A DNA stretch of 62,963 nt, counting the filler, from Limisphaerales bacterium (GTDB lineage: Bacteria; Verrucomicrobiota; Verrucomicrobiia; Limisphaerales; SIBE01), in assembly GCA_044225505.1 (NCBI GenBank). It is 4 parts of 4 records of this genome, joined end to end, with 100 filler letters (N's around TTAATTAATTAA, not from the genome) between each part and the next. Parts side by side here need not be neighbours in the genome. Positions count along the whole stretch, not along the records: positions 49,586 to 62,963 come from JBGAIN010000200.1; 3 more parts are not named here. The stretch is one strand, 5' to 3'. Shown here piece by piece: positions 58,601-62,963 of this stretch. Position numbers and translations under genes: made by a program. Numbering within the stretch: position 1 is the stretch's first letter; each line of letters begins with the position of its first letter. The notes under the pieces are model-generated. The model worked only from the letters and a program-made list of their open reading frames with translations, was not told the origin of the DNA and did not search any database.

Positions 58601-60173
58601 GTTTCGGCGTTGGTTTCCGGCTGCCCTATGCTACGAGAAGATCGTTCCGGTTGATGAAGTGATTACCCTCACACTTTTTCATCGAGAGGATGAACCGCTC
58701 TGCCGCTTGATGCTGGGAGATGCCGAAACCGCCCGATTGAACAAGCTTTGGGACGACTTACGATATATCAGCCGTGACGCCATCACGTTGGTCGACGCGT
58801 TTGAACAGCTTTGGCAGTACGCCACCCAGGACGCGGATCCGAAAGTGTTCGAACCATTGCGCCAGCCCATTCGAGATCGCGCGGCGGCCCTGCAGAAGCG
58901 GTTGGTGGACACGCAACCCGAGCATCTCCGAGCGCTCCTGGAATTCGCGGGGCAGGCCTACCGGCGCCCATTAACCGATCGGGAAACGAAAGAATTGCGA
59001 GATTTGTATCACAGGCTTCGCTCCGAGGAGATCCCGCACGACGAAGCGTTCCGCCTGACGCTGGCCCGAATTTTCGTCGCTCCCTCCTTTTTGTATCGGT
59101 TAGAAAGCGCCCCGCAGGGCAAAGAGGCCCGCCCGGTGTCGGATGCGGAATTGGCCACTCGGTTGAGTTACTTTCTCTGGTCCTCCATGCCTGACGCGGA
59201 GTTGCGGAATCTGGCAGAAGCCCGGCGTCTGCACGAGCCGGACGTGCTGGCGGCGCAAGCCAAGCGGATGATGAGCGATGGGAGAACCCGCCGATGGGCC
59301 GTCGAGTTTGGGAGTGCCTGGCTGCATTTGTACGACTTCAAAGATTTGAACGAGAAGAGCGAGCGGCATTTCCCAACGTTTGGGGAGATGCGAGATCCGA
59401 TGTTCGAGGAGGTAATCCAGTATCTGACAGACTTCGCCCAACACGACGGGTCCATTCTCACACTGTTCGATTCCGACCACAGTTTTCTCAATGAATCGCT
59501 GGCAAAGTACTACGGCGTTCCAGACGTTTCGGGTGCGACCTGGCGACGAGTCGATGGGGTCAAAAAATTGGGGCGAGGCGGCGTTCTGGGGTTCGGCGCG
59601 ACGCTAGCAAAACAATCCGGTGCGTCGCGGACGAGCCCAATTCTGCGAGGCAATTGGGTGGCCGAAGTTCTCCTGGGCGACAAGTTGCCCAGACCGCCGA
59701 AAGATGTGCCACGGTTGCCGGAAGATGAAGCGACCGAGACGCTGACCGTTCGACAGTTGGTGGAAAAACACAGTAGCGATCCCCGATGCGCTTCGTGCCA
59801 TCAACGCATTGACGGGTTCGGGTTTGCCCTGGAAGGGTACGATGCGATCGGGCGGGTGCGGACCAAAGATTTGGCCGATCGGCCGATTGATGCTCGGTCG
59901 CAGGTCTTTGACGGAACGGCGGTCAATGGAGCCAGCGGCTTGCGCGAATACCTATTGACCAAGAAGCGCGATGTGGTGGTCCAACAGTTTTGCCGCAAGC
60001 TGCTCGGATACGCCTTGGGGCGGAGCGTGATTCTTTCCGATAAGCCTTTGCTTGCGGAAATGCAAAATGCGCTGCGAGCGAACGATTACCGGATCAGCGT
60101 CGCGGTCGATGCCATCGTGCGGAGCCGCCAATTTCGCGAGATCCGCGGTGCAGACCTGGCCGATGAAGGATAA
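55668..60173 (+). CDS. DUF1592/DUF1588/DUF1587 planctomycete-type cytochrome c protein
   Basis: CLGCH and CASCH heme motifs, LRRLNNAEY, ELATRLSYFLWSSMPD, RTSPILRG. True start probably further downstream. Confidence 0.9.
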   Translation: MMLNRGIPLGLFCRGRIFGAWRSAKGPRQRPLQINPLRVFEVLAGCFVSRPAPENAVGRLALRAPWHRATIAGTRIALVLAALLVRRHAADLAGEFSREIRPLVQNYCLGCHSTEKHKGDLDLERFGTMADVLKTPKPWQQAIEQLSLGEMPPKGKPSPTPAEREQLFRWINESLDQAALAREGDPGPVPLRRLNNAEYTYTLRDLTGVVSLDPAKEFPADSAAGEGFMNTGGSLVMSPALLSKYLDAGKEIASHAVLVSDGFRFSSKTSRRDWTEELVTEIREFYRRFTDARGAEKVNLQGIVFDTNAGGRLPVEAYLRATLEWRALIEQAQKSSRQGGPVGEESTARGAAVGASVARGLHAFAVERGLSGKYLESLWELLHREDGSLVVDAIRASWRQAQPEDAAELATAVGRWQKALWKFSSVGHIGKLNGPKAWMEPVSPLAETQEFRLKLVAPTNDPIIRVFLQARDGGDGNTNDVVLWQRPRLVVPGRPDLLLRDTRKFIEEALDRRERVFAAVARCLEIAASAAASTNEIDLVKLAGQHNADADALAAWFGYLGIGGGTAARLDYFTNRIASASGYTFIQGWGSADTPSIMANASDQEVRIPGKMKPHAVAVHPSPKLNVGIGWRSPGTAVVRLEGAVTHAHPECGNGVEWTLELRRGQTRQVLAKGVAQGGQPVRFRASNDVGVQNGDLISVLVGARDGNHSCDLTDIEWTIQEVREGGQRWALADVSRDLPAANPHPDNDGREGIWHFYTEAVSGTGAGAIIPAGSLLARWQCAANPQSRGALASAIGDLLKTPPPATEQSADAALYRQLASLSGPLFAHSVRGDVKLSEARKQARNAARSTDDQETAWGMDPSDFGKDPEGKASVDDADLCVRAPAVSEIRLPADLVSGAELVVTGCLHPQSGREGSVQLQVARVKPTESAGLVAGVTEVNRMGGMWTSDDRRISHSSPILVKPGSSAQARLEAGFDVFRRWFPAALCYEKIVPVDEVITLTLFHREDEPLCRLMLGDAETARLNKLWDDLRYISRDAITLVDAFEQLWQYATQDADPKVFEPLRQPIRDRAAALQKRLVDTQPEHLRALLEFAGQAYRRPLTDRETKELRDLYHRLRSEEIPHDEAFRLTLARIFVAPSFLYRLESAPQGKEARPVSDAELATRLSYFLWSSMPDAELRNLAEARRLHEPDVLAAQAKRMMSDGRTRRWAVEFGSAWLHLYDFKDLNEKSERHFPTFGEMRDPMFEEVIQYLTDFAQHDGSILTLFDSDHSFLNESLAKYYGVPDVSGATWRRVDGVKKLGRGGVLGFGATLAKQSGASRTSPILRGNWVAEVLLGDKLPRPPKDVPRLPEDEATETLTVRQLVEKHSSDPRCASCHQRIDGFGFALEGYDAIGRVRTKDLADRPIDARSQVFDGTAVNGASGLREYLLTKKRDVVVQQFCRKLLGYALGRSVILSDKPLLAEMQNALRANDYRISVAVDAIVRSRQFREIRGADLADEG

Positions 60174-60188
60174 ACAGACCTATTGCCT

Positions 60189-61493
60189 ATGAACAAACAC
60201 TTGTTCTCTCGCCGTGCCTTTTTGCGCGGCATCGGTGTGACCATGGCTTTGCCTTGGATGGAATCGCTGCCCGTATGGGGCGATACACCAGCGCAAGCCT
60301 CGGGCGCGAGCGAAGCGCCGGTGCGGTTAGGCGTTCTCTTTTCCGGCAACGGATTTCACAGCAAGGAATGGTGGGCGAAAGGAGAGGGCGCTTCCATGGA
60401 ATTGGGCAAAGTGCTGGCCCCTCTGGCGGACGCTCGGCGCAAGATGCTGTTCATTCGGGGCCTCTACAACGACGAAGCGCTCAAGGGCAATATCCACAGT
60501 TCGCAAACGGGTAATTTGCTTTCCGGCGCGCCGCTTGCCTCGGGCGGGGAAATTCGATCGGGCACGAGTATCGACCAACTTCTGGCGCAACGGTACGGGC
60601 GATCGACGAAGGTTTCGAGCTTGGTGTTGGGATGTGAACGATCCAATCCGTCGGTGCACAAGAATTACTCGATGCTCTACAGTTCTCATATCTCCTGGAG
60701 TTCGCCGACCACTCCCACGCCGCTTGAAGTGTATCCTGCCTTGGCGTTCGACCGATTGTTCAAAGACGAGGTGAGCCGCGGAGATCGAAGTGTGCTCGAT
60801 GCGGTCATGGCGGACGCCAAAGATCTGCGGCCCCGAATCTGTGCTAACGACCAACGGAAGCTTGATGAATATCTGGACTCGGTTCGAGAGGTGGAGGTGC
60901 GCATCGAACGGGCGGGCCAAAAGGGCGAACTTCAAGGGTGGCGGCCGACGTTGACGACGCCGAATATGCCGCGTCCGGCGGATGGGATACCGCAGGATAT
61001 CGCCGAACACATGCGGCTGATGTGCGACATTATGATTTTAGGGTTTCAAACCGACACGACCCGGATCGCGACGCTCAAGCTGAATAACGACCATAGCTCA
61101 CTTCGTTTTCCCAATTTGGGGGTGGATTACATGATTCACCATCTGTTGTCGCATAGCGACAGCGCCGATTGGCTGAAGGTGAATCAGTTTTTTGTCGAGC
61201 AGGTGGCCTACATCGCGAGGCGCTTGGATGCCATTCAGGAAGGCGATCGAACACTTCTGGACAATTCCATGCTGCTGTTTTGTTCGAGCATGCTGAATGG
61301 CAATCACGACGCCACGCAGTTGCCGGTGATCGTGCTGGGGGGCGGTGGAGGCAAAATTCAGGGTGGGCGCGTTCTTGATTACAAAGAGAAGGCCGAACGC
61401 CAAATGTGCCGCTTGTACCTGTCTTTGATGGACAAAGTTGGCGTTCGGTTGCCGAAGTTCGGTGATGCTTCCGAGCCGCTCGCTGAGGTTTAG
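60189..61493 (+). CDS. DUF1552 protein (Tat signal), usual partner of DUF1592
   Basis: SRRAFLRGIGVTMALPWMESL, SIDQ, KLDEYLDSVREVE, TLLDNS. Confidence 0.92.
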   Translation: MNKHLFSRRAFLRGIGVTMALPWMESLPVWGDTPAQASGASEAPVRLGVLFSGNGFHSKEWWAKGEGASMELGKVLAPLADARRKMLFIRGLYNDEALKGNIHSSQTGNLLSGAPLASGGEIRSGTSIDQLLAQRYGRSTKVSSLVLGCERSNPSVHKNYSMLYSSHISWSSPTTPTPLEVYPALAFDRLFKDEVSRGDRSVLDAVMADAKDLRPRICANDQRKLDEYLDSVREVEVRIERAGQKGELQGWRPTLTTPNMPRPADGIPQDIAEHMRLMCDIMILGFQTDTTRIATLKLNNDHSSLRFPNLGVDYMIHHLLSHSDSADWLKVNQFFVEQVAYIARRLDAIQEGDRTLLDNSMLLFCSSMLNGNHDATQLPVIVLGGGGGKIQGGRVLDYKEKAERQMCRLYLSLMDKVGVRLPKFGDASEPLAEV

Positions 61494-61511
61494 CGAGAAG
61501 GGAGCCGAAAG

Positions 61512-61534
61512 GTCCCGGGCGCTTCGCCCGGGAC
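61512..61534. terminator. GC hairpin between convergent genes
   Basis: GTCCCGGGCG-CTT-CGCCCGGGAC; no strong U-tract. Confidence 0.5.
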
Positions 61535-61562
61535 GGTTCGGGTTCAGTTTGGTTGCTGGGCC

Positions 61563-62963
61563 TTAGGCCAGCGCAAGCGTGACCGCTTTGACCTCCGTGT
61601 AGTTTTGCAGGGCGTACTCGCCACATTCGCGACCCACCCCTGACATCTTGAAACCGCCAAACGGCACGCCGATCTCAAAGACGTCATAGCAATTGACCCA
61701 AACGGTTCCCACGCGCAACTCGGCCGCGAGCCGGTGCGCTTTGATCACGTCCCGGGTCCAGACGCCAGCGGTTAGCCCGTAGGACGTGCGATTGCCGCGC
61801 TCAATCACTTCGTCGACGGTGTCGAACTTAAGAATCGACATAACCGGCCCAAAGATCTCTTCCTGCGCGATCTTCATGCGGTCGTTGACGTTTGAGAAAA
61901 TCGTCGGCTCGATGAAGAATCCGCGATCGCCAAAACGCTTGCCGCCGGTCAACAGCTGAGCGCCGGAATTCTTGCCGGAATCGATGTAGTGCATGACGCG
62001 GTCGCATTGCACTTGGCTAATCTGTGGCCCTTGGTTGGTGGTGGGATCGAAAGGATCGCCCAAACGTTGTTGGTGCGTCCGTTGCACCATGCGCGCGACG
62101 ACTTCGTCATAGATCGAGCTCTGGACGAACAACCGGGAGCCCGCGCAACAGACCTGCCCCGCCAGGAAAAAGACGGCGAAGAAACTCGTTTCTACTGCCC
62201 GATCCAGATCCGCATCGGCAAAGAGGATGTTCGGCGCCTTGCCGCCCAGTTCAAGACTGACGCGTTTGAGGTTGGTCCGTCCAGCGGCTTGGTGAATCAA
62301 CTTGCCCACCTCGGTCGAACCCGTAAACGCGACTTTGTCGATGTCCATATGTTCCGCAATCGCGGCCCCGGCCGTCTCGCCAAAGCCCGTCACGATGTTG
62401 ACCACCCCGTCTGGGATGCCAGCTTCCAGCGCGAGTTCTCCCACCCGCAGCGCGCTCAAGGGGGTTTGCTCCGCGGGTTTGAGCACACTGGTGCACCCGG
62501 TGGCGAGCGCCGGAGCCCACTTCCACGCTTGCATCAGCAAGGGAGCGTTCCATGGGATGATCTGTCCCACCACTCCGACCGGTTCATGGCGAGTGTAGCT
62601 AAAATAAGCGCCCGAGGTCGGAATGGTCTTCCCGTGATTCTTGTCCGCCCAGCCGGCGTAGTAGCGGTAACAGTCCAGCACGAGCGGAAGCATGATATTG
62701 CGGCTGTCAGAGATCGGTTTACCATTGTTGAGCGTCTCCAACGCGGCGAGTTCGTCGCGGTGCTTCTCGATCAGGTCGGCAAGTCGATAGAGGCACGCCG
62801 CCCGTTCGCGGCCACTCATGCGAGGCCAAGGGCCTTTCTCGAAAGCCTTCCTGGCCGCCTGCACGGCGGCATCCACGTCCTGGCGGTCACCTTCCGCGAC
62901 ACGCGCGATGGCTTGGCCGGTGGCCGGGTTAAACGTCTCGAATGTCTTTTGGCTTGCCGCGGC
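61563..62963 (-). CDS. Aldehyde dehydrogenase (ALDH1/2-like), 5' end beyond window
   Basis: [48 protein letters not shown]. The frame stays open to the window end. Confidence 0.96.
   Translation of the reverse strand, partial: AAASQKTFETFNPATGQAIARVAEGDRQDVDAAVQAARKAFEKGPWPRMSGRERAACLYRLADLIEKHRDELAALETLNNGKPISDSRNIMLPLVLDCYRYYAGWADKNHGKTIPTSGAYFSYTRHEPVGVVGQIIPWNAPLLMQAWKWAPALATGCTSVLKPAEQTPLSALRVGELALEAGIPDGVVNIVTGFGETAGAAIAEHMDIDKVAFTGSTEVGKLIHQAAGRTNLKRVSLELGGKAPNILFADADLDRAVETSFFAVFFLAGQVCCAGSRLFVQSSIYDEVVARMVQRTHQQRLGDPFDPTTNQGPQISQVQCDRVMHYIDSGKNSGAQLLTGGKRFGDRGFFIEPTIFSNVNDRMKIAQEEIFGPVMSILKFDTVDEVIERGNRTSYGLTAGVWTRDVIKAHRLAAELRVGTVWVNCYDVFEIGVPFGGFKMSGVGRECGEYALQNYTEVKAVTLALA

Noticed and set aside
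55668..61493. DUF1592/DUF1552 cytochrome pair as a novel system
   Set aside because: Function is unknown, but it is a well-known, highly expanded PVC gene pair.

Overview
This is not one locus. It is four unlinked contigs (1-16425, 16526-32834, 32935-49485, 49586-62963) joined by artificial 100-nt N/TTAATTAATTAA/N spacers. Gene content (VPDSG-CTERM protein, DUF1592/DUF1552 pair, DUF1080, sulfatase, ASPIC/UnbV proteins, membrane-anchored ECF sigma factor) suggests a Verrucomicrobiota genome, probably a MAG; this is an inference. Contig 1 holds the rpsA 5' end, large secreted PA14/LamG and ASPIC proteins, a frameshifted RlmI-like gene, prfC, a frameshifted VTC gene, dus, an M20 peptidase and a J-domain gene start. 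Contig 2 holds mostly secreted and repeat proteins. Contig 3 holds carbohydrate/sulfate catabolism genes, then a decaying mobile region with relic cassettes, two related IS copies and an AbiE toxin-antitoxin pair whose toxin is cut by the IS. Contig 4 opens with an integron-type gene-cassette array (four well-supported attC sites and one degenerate one, no integrase in view). ThuA, an ABC exporter, DUF1592/DUF1552 and an aldehyde dehydrogenase follow. The main findings are the attC array, a shared C-terminal '(F/Y)Y(K/R)L' domain on unrelated secreted proteins (candidate sorting signal), and the IS-disarmed AbiE system. All family calls come from motif recognition by eye; no searches were run.
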